Shown: positions 49,954-61,008 of the stretch, in pieces | How the letters are laid out: every line of letters starts with the position of its first letter | Position numbering within the stretch: position 1 is the first letter of the stretch | Assembly (NCBI GenBank): GCA_965238005.1 | Contig: OZ250165.1 | Location: forward strand, 384,001 to 448,000 | Origin: Longimicrobiales bacterium | GTDB taxonomy: Bacteria > Gemmatimonadota > Gemmatimonadetes > Longimicrobiales > Gaopeijiaceae | Reading direction: 5' to 3' | Length of the DNA stretch: 64,000 bases | Translations under genes and position numbers: made by a program | Notes under the pieces: generated by a model | The model's input: the letters and a program-made list of their open reading frames with translations, nothing else | What the model was told of the DNA's origin: nothing | Database searches by the model: none

Positions 49954-50172
49954 CAGCTCACACAAGTGATCGGGTACGCCGTTGTTTGCTAAGCGAGCTA
50001 TCTTCGACCGCTCGACCACCGCGTAACGCGTTACGGCCGGGTTACCCAATTCGTTACCCGCGTACCGGATCTTACACGGTCTTAGCGGTCCTTAGCCGGA
50101 AACGCGGCGAGGGAAGACCACTGTAAACCGGACCTCGACGGCCTTAGAGGGTCTTAGCCGGACACCCCCGTT

Positions 50173-50230
50173 CGGTCTCGAAAACCGGCGTCCTAACGGA
50201 CTTGTGGGTTCGAGTCCCACCGGCTCCGCT
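50173..50230 (+). repeat. tRNA-Ser(CGA) 3' fragment 2 (att site, variant variable arm)
   Basis: CGGTCTCGAAAACCGGC-GTCCTAACGGAC-TTGTGGGTTCGAGTCCCACCGGCTCCG. Confidence 0.85.
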
Positions 50231-50328
50231 TGGCTTAGGTATGCGACAAAACCCCTCTTGACCCCTAATGGGGAAGGGGGCCTCTTCACGCCCGATTGTG
50301 CCGTTATTGTGCCGTTCCGAGGTGTTTC

Positions 50329-50634
50329 TCATGCTTCTTTCGCTACCTGGAGCGGTACGACTGTCCGGTTCCGGTCTTGGTGCAACTTGGCCAGCTTCGC
50401 AACACCTTCCTCGGAGGCGCTCTGATCGGCGATGGCGTAGCGCGTGTAGATGCTTTCGGTCTTGTGCCCTGTGAGCTTCATGGCCACCGAGCGGGGCACG
50501 CCGGCACGCTCGAGGTTCCGCACTGCCGACCGACGTAGATCATGGAACCACGCACCCTCCAGGCCGGCCCTCTTGGTAGCGAGGTCCCAGCCATTTCGGA
50601 TGGACTTTAGCTGGTGGCCGTTTGCTCGGGGGAC
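50329..50634 (-). pseudogene. Tyrosine integrase C-terminal remnant cut by IS3
   Basis: WFHDLRRSAVRNL...KLTGHKTESIYTRYAI (HxxR, H, Y). Confidence 0.88.
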
Positions 50635-52036
50635 TGGAGTACCCCCGATTTGGCGGACACCTGCGAGATTGAGGAAAAGGGGGTGTCACCATGGCAAGAG
50701 CACGAGGACCGTACCCGCCTGAGTTCAAGGCGAGGATGGTAGAGCTGGTCAGGGCCGGGCGCAGTCCGGAGCAGCTCGCGAAGGAGTTCGAGCCGTCGGC
50801 CAACGCGATCCGGAACTGGGCGCAGCAGGCTGATCGGGACGAGGGTCGTCGAACGACGGTCTAACGACGGCAGAGCGAGAAGAGCTACGCCGGCTACGTC
50901 GAGAGCTCCGGCAGGTGAAGCTGGAGCGGGAGATCCTGGCAAAAGCCACGGCCCGACCAACGCTTCGCGTCGGTGCCCCGCACGGGAGACCGGCTCGATC
51001 CCGTCCGGAGGTTCGAGTTCGTGAAGGCGCATCAGGCCGTCTATCCGATTGCCACGCAGTGTCGGGTGCTGGGCGTCTCCACCAGCGGATACTATGCGTG
51101 GCTCGAGCGTGAGCCTTCGGAGTGTGAGAAGGCGAATGCTGCGTTGCTTGAGGAGATCCATGAGATCCACGCCGAGAGCGACGGGACGTACGGAGCTCCG
51201 AGGATGACGGAGGAGCTGAAGGCGCGAGGCCCCGCGGCGAGCGAGAATCGGGTGGCTCGCGTGATGAGGGAGGCGGAGATTCAGGGCGTGAGTCGACGAC
51301 GTGGGGCGAAGACGACGGTACGAGGCAAGGATCGGCGACCGGCACCGGACCTGGTGGATCGAGACTTCACGGCGAGCGGTCCTGACCAGCTCTGGGTCGC
51401 GGACATCACGTACGTCGGGACGTGGGCGGGCTTCCTGTACCTGGCCGTGGTGTTGGACGTGTGGAGCCGGCGGATCGTGGGCTGGGCGATGGCGACGCAC
51501 CTGAGAACCGAGCTCGTGCTCGAGGCGCTCAACATGGCCCTGTGGCAGAGGAAGCCCGAGGCGGTCATCCACCACTCCGACCAGGGGAGCCAGTACACGT
51601 CGGTAGCCTTCGGACGTCGGTGCGATGAGGTGGGTGTCCGGCCCTCGATGGGCTCAGTCGGAGACGCCCTCGACAATGCGATGTGCGAATCGTTTTTCGC
51701 GAGCCTCGAATGTGAGCTCATCGACCGCCGTACGTTCCGGACTCCGGCCGAGGCGAGGATGGAGCTATTCCGCTACATCGAGGGCTGGTACAACCCGCAT
51801 CGGCGCCACTCAGCCCTCGGGTACGAGTCGCCCATCAACTTCGAAAACAACCGCGAGCGCGCGGCCGAGAACACCTGGGCTCCCCAGGACATCGGCCCTA
51901 CGACAACCTCCGCGGAGCCCGGCTTGCTTCTACTCCCCAGCGCCGCTGGCGCTGCGGAAGCCTCTGACTCCATCGGCCTTTGAAGAGAGAGAAAACACAC
52001 AAGCGTTCACCTGTCCACCGAACCGGGGTAGGCCCA
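50635..52036 (+). mobile_element. IS3-family element (OrfA frameshifted, junction disrupted), no TSD
   Basis: Ends TGGAGTACCCCCGATTTGGCGGACA and TGGGCCTACCCCGGTTCGGTGGACA; OrfA from 50691; OrfB about 51021-51983 with DDE motifs. Confidence 0.9.
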
Positions 52037-52049
52037 CTAGCTCCACTCG

Positions 52050-52439
52050 TCAGGAGCAGATGACCTGTGCGATGTGAGTGTGGAAATTACCGGAGGCGGC
52101 GGTCCAGGTGGTGGTGCCGACCGATACGGACTGATTGGCCTGGAGCGAGGCGAAGTGGTCGGCCGTGAGCGTCACGCTGTGTAGGTGGTTGCTCGGGCTT
52201 TGGACTTCGTAGGTCTTGTCCACGCCTGCCCGCACGTCTTCTGGGGAGACCCTCAACGCGTGGCTCGTTGGTCCAAATCCCCCAATGTCCGCCGTAGCTC
52301 CGTTGGAAAGGCAGTCCACATCGGTCGGTGGGGTGAGGCCGTCGGAGCCCTCGTCGCCGCCGCCGCCGCCGCACGACAACGCGCTGGTGGCGAGAACGGT
52401 CAAGGTGGTCGCGAGAAACTTTCTTCGAGTGTGTCTCAT
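52050..52439 (-). CDS. Small Tat-exported His-rich lipoprotein (metal-binding candidate)
   Basis: TRRKFL, ALSC, SHAL, NHLHSV, FHTH, terminal VICS. Confidence 0.7.
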   Translation of the reverse strand: MRHTRRKFLATTLTVLATSALSCGGGGGDEGSDGLTPPTDVDCLSNGATADIGGFGPTSHALRVSPEDVRAGVDKTYEVQSPSNHLHSVTLTADHFASLQANQSVSVGTTTWTAASGNFHTHIAQVICS

Positions 52440-52957
52440 TCTCGACTCCGTGCTCTTGCGGGTTGGGCGTTTCTTTATCCCTCCGTTGCGAAGTTCGTTC
52501 CCATCTCGAAACCGGTACCCTTCAGTTCCCTTGATTCTAAGTTTCCACGTAGATCGAGCCGGCTGAGGTTGTCAGGGTGGTAGCCGAATCCGAGCAGCAT
52601 CATACATGACGATGATGTTACGACCGATAGTGCGTTCCAAAGCACTTTCGACGCGCTGCGTGAGGCTCATCTAACTTGTCTTGAAACGCTTTAACCTTGG
52701 CTCGTTGGGTCAGGGCTTCCGCGCCGTCCCGGATGGCGAAGCGGAACCTCCGCAGCCGGTCGAGCGTCATGGCGTCCAAGTCGCTCATGCGACCTCCGTG
52801 GTGGGATGCCACTGTGCCGCGATTGTGTCGTGGTTGTGCCGGAACCCACAGGAACGCATGTCGCGGATGTCACTGGGGCGTAGGATGAAAACGCCGTAGT
52901 TATGCGGGTGTTGGGGGTTTGCGTGTACAGTGGTGTCTGTCAGTTCCTCCGCAGATA

Positions 52958-53015
52958 CGGTCTCGAAAACCGGCGCCCGTGAGGGTGTGTGGGGTCGAAT
53001 CCCACCGGCTCCGCT
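52958..53015 (+). repeat. tRNA-Ser(CGA) 3' fragment 3 (probable original host 3' end)
   Basis: Matches fragment 1 except the T loop reads GGGTCGAAT; followed by a terminator. Confidence 0.85.
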
Positions 53016-53018
53016 CAG

Positions 53019-53054
53019 GCTCTCAGATGTGTGAACATCTGGGAGCTTTTTTTT
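53019..53054 (+). terminator. Intrinsic terminator
   Basis: GCTCTCAGATGT-GTGA-ACATCTGGGAGC followed by T8. Confidence 0.85.
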
Positions 53055-53143
53055 GATCTGGCGGCCTCACCCGACTTTGCCGTCCCTCCCCTCGACCCAT
53101 TCAGCCATTGCTGGGATCCGGCCAAGGGAGTGAGATTAGATGC

Positions 53144-53359
53144 ATGACGAAACAAGCTCTCCTGACTGAGATTCTCCGCCTCCCACCCGAGGAGCGGCTC
53201 GATCTGTTGGGCGAGGCTTGGGACGCCATCGCAGCTAGCCCAGAGAACGTGCCCGTTCCAGAATGGCACGTGCGGGAATTGGAGAGACGCCTGGCGGACC
53301 CGGAACCGAAGTATGTCCCCTGGGAAGACGTGCGGGACCGATTGAAGGGGTCGACTTAA
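53144..53359 (+). CDS. Putative addiction-module antitoxin (TIGR02574-like)
   Basis: ILRLPPEERLDL...WD...VPEWHVRELERR...VPWEDVRDRL. Confidence 0.82.
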   Translation: MTKQALLTEILRLPPEERLDLLGEAWDAIAASPENVPVPEWHVRELERRLADPEPKYVPWEDVRDRLKGST

Positions 53360-53361
53360 GC

Positions 53362-53472
53362 ATGACGGTCCGCTTCCGTGAGGAGGCGGCCGCGGATGTG
53401 ACATCGGCCAGGGAATGGTACGATGAGCAGCGACCCGGATTGGGCGACGAGTTCCTAGGAGCGCTAGAGCGT
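53362..53472 (+). pseudogene. RelE/ParE toxin N-terminal remnant
   Basis: MTVRFREEAAADVTSAREWYDEQRPGLGDEFLGALE, after which similarity is lost. Confidence 0.7.
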
Positions 53473-53967
53473 CGCCGCACCAACACCTTGGTGGAGGTCG
53501 CGTTACCCGATTCGTTACGCTGTCCCGGCGGCTTCGCAAACTCGGCGAGATCCAGTTCCGCCGGATCCCCACGGATCGACCGATCCACCTACTCATCGAC
53601 AGTACGGGACTCAGGATTCACGTCGGCCATACCTGGGATGGACAACGAATTGAGGTTCAACTGGCGAGCAAAATCCTCAACACGATGACCGTACTCGGGA
53701 GGCCTGACAGCTACAAAGTGGCGTGAATCCCGCTCGGGGGACGGGGGATCCGTCTTCAGTTTGGAGCCATGCACCAAAGCCCCTCCGAGGCTGAGCCCGT
53801 GCCCGACTTCGTCTCCACTGCCGTCCATTCCGTCCGATCACACTTCGATGTGCTCCTATCGAAGGCCCCCTGCTCCTAGCCCATCCATCGATGCACGCCC
53901 TACCTTGGCTTTTGGATCAAGAGGGCGGTTGTATTTCCTATCCCTCACCTCACACAGCGAGTAAGCC

Positions 53968-56841
53968 ATGCGTGCTTGGGTCAAGAAAATTCGGCCGCTT
54001 CTTTGCGAGGCCGCGCTGATTCTGATGCTGTGCCTCGCACATTCGGCCGCCGCGCAGCCGCCGGATATGGCCGCCGAAGAAGACGTCGATCACGCCGGGA
54101 TCATTCGTTCCTGGACCGACGCGAATCGTGCCCGTGGGCAGAGGATCTACGACACCCACTGCTATAGCTGTCACGGCTACGAGGGTGCCGCCAGGTTGCC
54201 GGATGCCCGGGCCTTCAATCGCGACGAGCTGCGCGCCGGAGGCGACCCGTACACGATGTGGCTGACGCTGACCGAAGGATTCGGTCAGATGGTGCCGCAG
54301 ACGCAGTACACACCCGAAGAGCGCTACGACGTCGTCCACTTCATTCGCGAGGTCCTCATTAGGCGGCCCAACCGAAATCAGTACTTCGAGGTCACCGAGG
54401 AATATCTGGACTCGTTGCCCAAAGGGACGCCTCGCGAAGATCTTGTACCGCCCGACGGGCATCCACGCGACTACGGCCCGGTACTTACCTCCCAGTTTCG
54501 GCGTGAGGTAAACCGGGCGATGACCTTCGACCTCGGCGAGGACGTGTTCGCCTCGTATGACCTGCACCGCATGAGGCAGCATCACGTCTGGGACGGCTTT
54601 CTGAACCTGTCCCAGACCCAGCACATGCGCTACCGAGGCGAACGTCAGCCTTTCCCCGACGGCGAGCCTCTAGCGGGTCTGCAGACCTACCACTGGGCGT
54701 ACGGCGCCGACTTCGACGCGGCGCCGGAGAACTCGCTCATGCAGGGGCTCGAGGACGGCAAGTCGATGGCCCCGACGGATCCCGAGCTGATGCGCTACAA
54801 CGGGCACTATCTAGACGGCCGCACGGCCACGCTTTCCTTTTCGGTGCTGGGCCGCGTGGTGCTGGAGCGTCCGCGGGTGCATCGAATGGAGGACTTCGTG
54901 GTGCTCGAGAACGTCCTCCGCGTTGCTCCGGGCGAGACCGCGCTCCAACTTGCCGCCGGGGCATTCGACGGCGATCCCGGTACCGAGGGTGTCCTCGGGC
55001 TCGCCGGCGAGCTGTCGTCGGCACTCGACAAGAGCGGGTCGGCGCACCGCACCATCGTCCTGGCTGCTGATGTGCCGGCACCAGGAGCATCCGGGATAGG
55101 CGAGTTCATCGCCGCCGCGGTGGCTGGCGATACCGACCAGCTACGTTGGGAAGTGACCTCGCAACATCGTCTCGGCCTGCACATCCCGGCGAGCCGCACG
55201 CCGCTGGTCATCCGAGTGCTGCGCTTCGCCGGTAGCGGCGCCGAGCAATGGACGCGCTTTCGCGACTACGCCGACCTGGTCCTCCAGAACGGGCTGATGA
55301 CCGCTCCCGATCTGTCGGCGGTAGAGTGGGGTGGGGCGCCGCGCTGGACGACGGTAATCGAGACGGCCGGGATCCTCGACGTCAAGAAGGCTCGTTACGA
55401 TCCGATCGACTACCGCCGCACCGAAGGCATCAGTCCGTTCAGGATCAAAGATCGGCCGCGGGTGTCATTGCCGACCGATCCCGCCTACGTCGTCGACGAC
55501 CTGACGCTTCCGGAGGACAACCCGTGGAACGCCTGGATGAGGATGGCGGCGCTCGATTTCTTCGACGACGGCCGCATCGCCGTCTCCACCCTGGGTGGCG
55601 ACGTGTGGGTCGTCTCGGGCGTGGACGAAACCCTCGAGCGGCTGCGCTGGCGCCGATTCGCGAGCGGCCTGTTCGAGCCGCTCGGTCTGCGGGTCATCGA
55701 CGGTCTCGTCTACGTGACCACACGCGACGGCATTCTCCGCCTCCACGATCTCAACGACGACGGTGAAGCCGACTACTACGAGGACTTCTACACCGACACC
55801 GACGTGTCCAACGGATTTCACGCCTTCAACTTCGATCTGCAGACCGATTCGGAGGGCAACCTCTACTTCACCAAGCCGGGTCGCTACACCGATTACTCGC
55901 TGCCCGGCGCGCTGCTGAAGATCTCTCCCGACGGTGAGGACATCGAGGTTATCGCCCGTGGCTTTCGGGTCCCCAACGGAATGGGTGTCGATCCGCAGGA
56001 CGATCACATATACGTGAGCGGCCAGGAGGGACAGTGGGTTACGGCGTCGAAGATCACCATCGTGCCCGTTGGTGAGGACGTTCAGCCGTGGCTCGGCGTC
56101 TCGCAGACCAGAGAGAAACCCTTCGACACATTCGTCCAGCCGGTCATCTGGATGCCGCGCGAGCTCGACAGTTCAACCGGCGGTCAGCTCGTCGTGCGCG
56201 ATGAGCGCTTCGGGCCCTTGAACGGCAAGCTCATGCACGTGAGCTTCGGCAAGGGGTGGATCTACTACCACATGCAGGAAGAAGTAGAAGGCGTTACCCA
56301 GGGCGCGGTGGTCGCGCTTCCTTTCCAGTTCGATGCAGGCGTGCAGAGGCTGCGAGTGAACCCGTTCGACGGGCAGGTCTACCTCGTCGGCCTCACCGGC
56401 TGGGACGCGGAAGCGACGGAACGCGACGGCAGCCTCAACCGCGTTCGCTACACCGGCGCGCCCGCCCATCTGCTCACCGAAACTCATATCCGCAATAACG
56501 GGATCGAGTTGGTGTTCAGCTTCGAGGTCGACGCCGAGAGCGCCGCGACGGTCGCTAACTACACGGTGGAGGGCTGGAATTATCGCTGGACGTCGAACTA
56601 CGGGTCGGACCACTGGTCGCTCGACGATCCCGGCGCCACCGGCAACGATTCGGTGCCGGTGCGCGGCGCCGTGATCGGCGAAGACGGCCGCTCGGTGCTC
56701 CTGATGATCAACGACCTGCGGCCGGTAGATCAGATGATGATTCGCATGGACTTTATGGCGAGCGACGGGGCGCCCTACAAAGAGGTGACGTACCTGACCG
56801 TTCACCGCGTGCCCGGATCGCAAGATATCTCTCAACTCTGA
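53968..56841 (+). CDS. Secreted cytochrome c + DUF6797-like + beta-propeller protein
   Basis: Signal peptide, CYSCH, FGQMVPQ, FASGLFEPLGL, GFRVPNG. Confidence 0.8.
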   Translation: MRAWVKKIRPLLCEAALILMLCLAHSAAAQPPDMAAEEDVDHAGIIRSWTDANRARGQRIYDTHCYSCHGYEGAARLPDARAFNRDELRAGGDPYTMWLTLTEGFGQMVPQTQYTPEERYDVVHFIREVLIRRPNRNQYFEVTEEYLDSLPKGTPREDLVPPDGHPRDYGPVLTSQFRREVNRAMTFDLGEDVFASYDLHRMRQHHVWDGFLNLSQTQHMRYRGERQPFPDGEPLAGLQTYHWAYGADFDAAPENSLMQGLEDGKSMAPTDPELMRYNGHYLDGRTATLSFSVLGRVVLERPRVHRMEDFVVLENVLRVAPGETALQLAAGAFDGDPGTEGVLGLAGELSSALDKSGSAHRTIVLAADVPAPGASGIGEFIAAAVAGDTDQLRWEVTSQHRLGLHIPASRTPLVIRVLRFAGSGAEQWTRFRDYADLVLQNGLMTAPDLSAVEWGGAPRWTTVIETAGILDVKKARYDPIDYRRTEGISPFRIKDRPRVSLPTDPAYVVDDLTLPEDNPWNAWMRMAALDFFDDGRIAVSTLGGDVWVVSGVDETLERLRWRRFASGLFEPLGLRVIDGLVYVTTRDGILRLHDLNDDGEADYYEDFYTDTDVSNGFHAFNFDLQTDSEGNLYFTKPGRYTDYSLPGALLKISPDGEDIEVIARGFRVPNGMGVDPQDDHIYVSGQEGQWVTASKITIVPVGEDVQPWLGVSQTREKPFDTFVQPVIWMPRELDSSTGGQLVVRDERFGPLNGKLMHVSFGKGWIYYHMQEEVEGVTQGAVVALPFQFDAGVQRLRVNPFDGQVYLVGLTGWDAEATERDGSLNRVRYTGAPAHLLTETHIRNNGIELVFSFEVDAESAATVANYTVEGWNYRWTSNYGSDHWSLDDPGATGNDSVPVRGAVIGEDGRSVLLMINDLRPVDQMMIRMDFMASDGAPYKEVTYLTVHRVPGSQDISQL

Positions 56842-56864
56842 GCTGGCGGAAGGTCTCGATCGGG

Positions 56865-58313
56865 ATGGAACACAGAAAGCGGTTGTTCGCAGCCAGCTTC
56901 ACGACCCTTATCGTGGCCGGCGTTGGCTTTGCGATTCGCGGCGCGATTCTCGCCGATTGGGCGACCGAGTTCGGCTTCACCAAGACCCAACTGGGCACCA
57001 TTACCGGTGGCGGGCTGGTGGGCTTCGGCATAGTCATCCTGGCGGCGAGCGCGATCGCCGATCGAGTCGGGTACGGAAGGCTCCTCTGGGTGGCGTTCGT
57101 TCTCCACGCGACGTCCGCTGTGGTGACGATGGCCGCCTCGCCGATCTACGGCGACGGCAGCGCCGGCAACGCCTCCGCATATTGGCTCCTCTACGTCGGG
57201 ACCTTCTTGTTTGCCATCGCCAACGGTGTGTGCGAGGCGGTCATCAATCCGTTGGCGGCGACGCTGTATCCGAAGGACCGGACGCACTATCTGAACGTCC
57301 TTCATGCCGGTTGGCCGGCGGGGCTCATCATCGGCGGCCTGATCGCCTATGGGTTCGCCACCGCCGACGCGCGTATCAGCCACGTACCTTGGGAGGTCCT
57401 CGTCGGTCTCTTCCTTGTCCCCACCGCGCTTTACGGCTTGTTGATCTATCGGGTGGGGTTCCCGGTATCCGAGGCTCGTGCCGCCGGTATCTCGTTCGCG
57501 GGAATGCTGCGGGAGTTCGCGCCCCCCGTTTTGTTGCTGCTGTTGTTGTTGCACGCCATGGTCGGCTACGTCGAGCTCGGCACCGATAGCTGGATCGTCA
57601 ACATCATGCAGAACGTCATCGAGGGCCAAGCGTTCCTCTTGTTCATCTACACCTCCGCCTTGATGTTCGCACTGCGCTTTTTCGCCGGCCCGATCACCCA
57701 CCGCATCAACCCACTGGGTTTGCTGTTCGTCAGCTCGTTGCTCGCTTGTGCCGGCCTGATGATGCTGGGCTCGTCGAGCACCGGGTTCGCGATTCTCGCC
57801 GCGGCGACCGCATACGGTGTCGGCAAGGCATTCCTCTGGCCCACGATGCTCGGCGTCGTCTCCGAGCAGTATCCGCGCGGCGGAGCCTTGACCCTGGGAG
57901 CCGTCGGGGCCGCGGGGATGCTGTCGGCCGGGCTTCTCGGAGGCCCCGGGATCGGCTACAAGCAGGACTACTTCGCGTCACAGTACCTCGAAGAACGGCA
58001 CGCGTTCGTCTACGAGGAATTCCGCGCGCCGACCGAGCACGGATTCCTGATGTTTCCGAAGATCGCCGGGTTGGACGGGGCCGAGGTCGGCGCCATCCTG
58101 GAGGCTCCACCGGCCGAGTTGACCGCCGTCGAGAACGAGTACCGGGGGGCGCTGCTGCGTGCCTCCATCTACGGAGGACAAGCCGCATTGAGGTGGACGG
58201 CGCTGGTGCCGCTGATGATGGCGATCGGTTACCTGTCGTTGATGTTCTATTTTCGTTCGAGAGGCGGATACAAGGCGGTGCACTTGGAACAGGAGTCTGG
58301 CCCCTCCGGCTAG
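56865..58313 (+). CDS. MFS transporter
   Basis: Many TM segments, ADRVGYG, EAVINPL, LHAGWPAG, FLWPTMLG. Confidence 0.9.
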   Translation: MEHRKRLFAASFTTLIVAGVGFAIRGAILADWATEFGFTKTQLGTITGGGLVGFGIVILAASAIADRVGYGRLLWVAFVLHATSAVVTMAASPIYGDGSAGNASAYWLLYVGTFLFAIANGVCEAVINPLAATLYPKDRTHYLNVLHAGWPAGLIIGGLIAYGFATADARISHVPWEVLVGLFLVPTALYGLLIYRVGFPVSEARAAGISFAGMLREFAPPVLLLLLLLHAMVGYVELGTDSWIVNIMQNVIEGQAFLLFIYTSALMFALRFFAGPITHRINPLGLLFVSSLLACAGLMMLGSSSTGFAILAAATAYGVGKAFLWPTMLGVVSEQYPRGGALTLGAVGAAGMLSAGLLGGPGIGYKQDYFASQYLEERHAFVYEEFRAPTEHGFLMFPKIAGLDGAEVGAILEAPPAELTAVENEYRGALLRASIYGGQAALRWTALVPLMMAIGYLSLMFYFRSRGGYKAVHLEQESGPSG

Positions 58314-58401
58314 GATCCGGGCTCTGGTGCCGGTCCGGGTTTTTTTCGCTCGGCCGGCCGGACATTGCGTCGCCGACGCAACAAAAACCGAAGGAGACCC
58401 T

Positions 58402-59286
58402 GTGTACTTGGCCATGCACACCTGGATGCGCGCCGAGCCCATCGAGGCGGCCATTCGTCGTATTGCGCCGCTCGGCTACAAGGCCCTGGAAATCGGCGGC
58501 GAGCCCGAGCGGCACGACATCGACGAAGTGCGCCGACTGCTGAGCGAGCACGGAATCCGTTGCTTCGGGGCGGTCACCCTCATGCAAGGCGAACGTAATC
58601 TTCTCGCCGCAAACGAGGGCGAGCGGGCCCGGACGATCGCCTACGTGAACGACTGCATCACGATGGTCAAGGAGCTCGGAGGCGAGGAGATGTCGATCGT
58701 TCCCGCCACGGTGGGCAAGATCACTCCCGACTCGAATCCGGAGAACGAATGGCAGTGGGCCGTCGACTCCCTCAAGGAGATCTACGACCACGGCATGGAA
58801 TCCGGGGTGCGCCTCGGCATCGAGCCGATCAACCGTTTCGAGACCTATTTCATCAACCGCGGCGACCAGGCGATGGCGCTCGCCGAAGCGGTCGGCCCGG
58901 AGTGCGGCGTCTGTCTCGATATCTTCCACATGAACATCGAGGAGACGAACGTTCTGACGGCCATTCGCCGGGCCGGGGATCGGCTGGTCGATTTCCACGT
59001 GGCGGACAACAACCGCATGGCTCCTGGGATGGGGACGTTCGACTGGCCGGCCATCGTCGAGACGCTCAAGGAGGTCGGCTACGACGGTCCGCTCTCCGTC
59101 GAGTTCTGCGCCCCCATCGATCGGACGCCGGCCGACCCGCATCCCGACGCGCTCGAAGGAGAGCCGATCGATATCAGCCCCGAGCAGAAGAAGTTTCTCG
59201 AGGAGCACGGTTCGGCCTCGATCAGTGAGGCTTTCTACTCGTCCCTTGTCGAGACCTCCGCCCAGACGCTGCTGCCGCTGACATGA
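58402..59286 (+). CDS. Sugar phosphate isomerase/ketose 3-epimerase-family TIM barrel
   Basis: IEPINRFETY, LDIFHMNIEE, FHVADNNR, LSVEF; SD AAGGAG. Confidence 0.88.
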   Translation: MYLAMHTWMRAEPIEAAIRRIAPLGYKALEIGGEPERHDIDEVRRLLSEHGIRCFGAVTLMQGERNLLAANEGERARTIAYVNDCITMVKELGGEEMSIVPATVGKITPDSNPENEWQWAVDSLKEIYDHGMESGVRLGIEPINRFETYFINRGDQAMALAEAVGPECGVCLDIFHMNIEETNVLTAIRRAGDRLVDFHVADNNRMAPGMGTFDWPAIVETLKEVGYDGPLSVEFCAPIDRTPADPHPDALEGEPIDISPEQKKFLEEHGSASISEAFYSSLVETSAQTLLPLT

Positions 59287-60456
59287 CTCTGACCATCAGC
59301 GAGGTCGAGGCTCGTTGGATCCGCTGTCCGATTCCGGAGGAGCGACAGCACGTTTCCGACTTCGGGCGCCTCGAGACCTTCGACATGGCGCTGGTGCGGA
59401 TCCGCACCGAGGACGGGCTCGAGGGGTTCGGCGAGGCCAAGGGCGCGGTTGGCAGCGCCGGCGAGTGCGCTTCGCTGGTGACCTGCGTGGAGCGCGAGCT
59501 CGGACCGCGGCTGGTCGGACGCGACGGCCGCGAGATCACCCGAGCGTGGGAGACGCTCTACAACGGAACCCGAGACCACTATGCGCGCGCCCGTGGTCGC
59601 GGATTTCCCGCCCTCGGTCGCCGGGGGACCACCGTTGCCGCCCTGGGGGCGATCGACGTCGCGCTCCACGATCTGGTCGGCAAGGCGCTCGGCGTACCCG
59701 TGGTCCAGCTGCTCGGCGGCTCGTGTCGAGATCGCATGCCGGCCTACGCGAGCGGCGGCTGGGCCGACGCCGACGGCATCGGCCCGCAACTCGAGAGCTA
59801 CACCCAACAGGGATTTGCGGCGGTCAAAATGCGCGTGGGCGCGATGGACAACACCGTCGACGTCAGCGTCGAACGGGTGCGCGAGGCGCGTGCTCATCTC
59901 GGTCGCGACATCGACATCATGGTCGACAGCCACGGGACGTTCAGCGTCGCGGAAGCCAAACGGTTCGCCCGCGAAGTCGAAGACTGTGGGCTGCGGTGGT
60001 TCGAGGAACCGCTCAACGCCGACGACCGGGCCGGGCTCGCCGAATTGCGAGCCGCGACCTCGATCCCGATCGCAGCCGGAGAGAGCGAGTTCACCCGCTT
60101 CGATTTCCTCGAGCTCTTGCCGGGCGGGAGCAGTCGATGTGTTGCAGCCCGACACCGCGATCGTCGGCGGAATCACCGAGGCTCGGCGGATCGGGGAGCT
60201 TGCGAGCGCTTTTCAGCGGGAGCTTGCGCCGCACCTCTGGGGTTCGGCGCTGTCGTTCGCGGCGGGTCTGCACGTCGCTTTCGCCTGCCCCGCCGCCGTC
60301 ATCCTCGAGTACTCGCTCGGCGACAACCCCCTCCTCCACGACCTGGTGGAGGAGGATCTGCGCCCGACAGGTGGGACCTTCGAGGCTCCTAAAGCGCCTG
60401 GCCTCGGCGTGACCCCGAACGCCACGTTCATCGAAGAGCACACGGTGCGCGAATGA
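59283..60456 (+). pseudogene. Mandelate racemase/MLE-family enzyme with a +1 frameshift near 60120
   Basis: KMRVG, MVDSH, WFEEP, GESE; removing one C joins RAGAVDVLQPD...APHLWG...PGLGV; may be a read error. Confidence 0.85.
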
Positions 60457-60496
60457 CGGCTCATTACGTTCCGCCCACCGGACCGGAGTGACACCC

Positions 60497-61003
60497 ATGC
60501 CACGAATGCTCCGCATCAACCACGTGACCCTGGTGGTCGACGACCTCGCCGAGGCGTGTCGGTTCTACGAGGAGGAGTTCGGTCTCGAGGCGCTCCCGGC
60601 GTTCAAGTTCGACTATCCCGCCCAGTTCTACAGGATCAACGACGAGCAGCAGCTTCACCTCACTGAGTGGGAGGACCGGCCGTCGTTTCGCGGCCACGTC
60701 GCCATCCAGGTTGCCGATTTCACCGACTGTTTTCGACGCATGAAAGCCCGCGGCGCGATCGACACCGCCCCCTGGGGCAAGGTCCGGCGCCTCCCGGACG
60801 GAGTCATGCAGATGTTCATTCGCGATCCGTCGGGAAACCTGGTCGAGATCGTGTGCCCGGCGAGCGACCATGTCGACGAGAGCATTTTCGAAGAGGATCT
60901 CGTTGAGTCGGAGCCCGGCGCCTATGTCTCGGGCCGTGGCGACGCCCGCGGCCTGCAGAGCGATGACGCGACGCTCTACCACGACGACGAACCGAGCGAC
61001 TGA
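60497..61003 (+). CDS. VOC/glyoxalase-family protein
   Basis: INHVTLVVDDL...FYEEEFGL...QLHL...HVAI...FIRDPSGNLVEI. Confidence 0.88.
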   Translation: MPRMLRINHVTLVVDDLAEACRFYEEEFGLEALPAFKFDYPAQFYRINDEQQLHLTEWEDRPSFRGHVAIQVADFTDCFRRMKARGAIDTAPWGKVRRLPDGVMQMFIRDPSGNLVEIVCPASDHVDESIFEEDLVESEPGAYVSGRGDARGLQSDDATLYHDDEPSD

Positions 61004-61008
61004 CCACC

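Noticed and set aside
45649..53015. Three functional tRNA-Ser genes
   Set aside because: All lack the 5' acceptor strand and D arm
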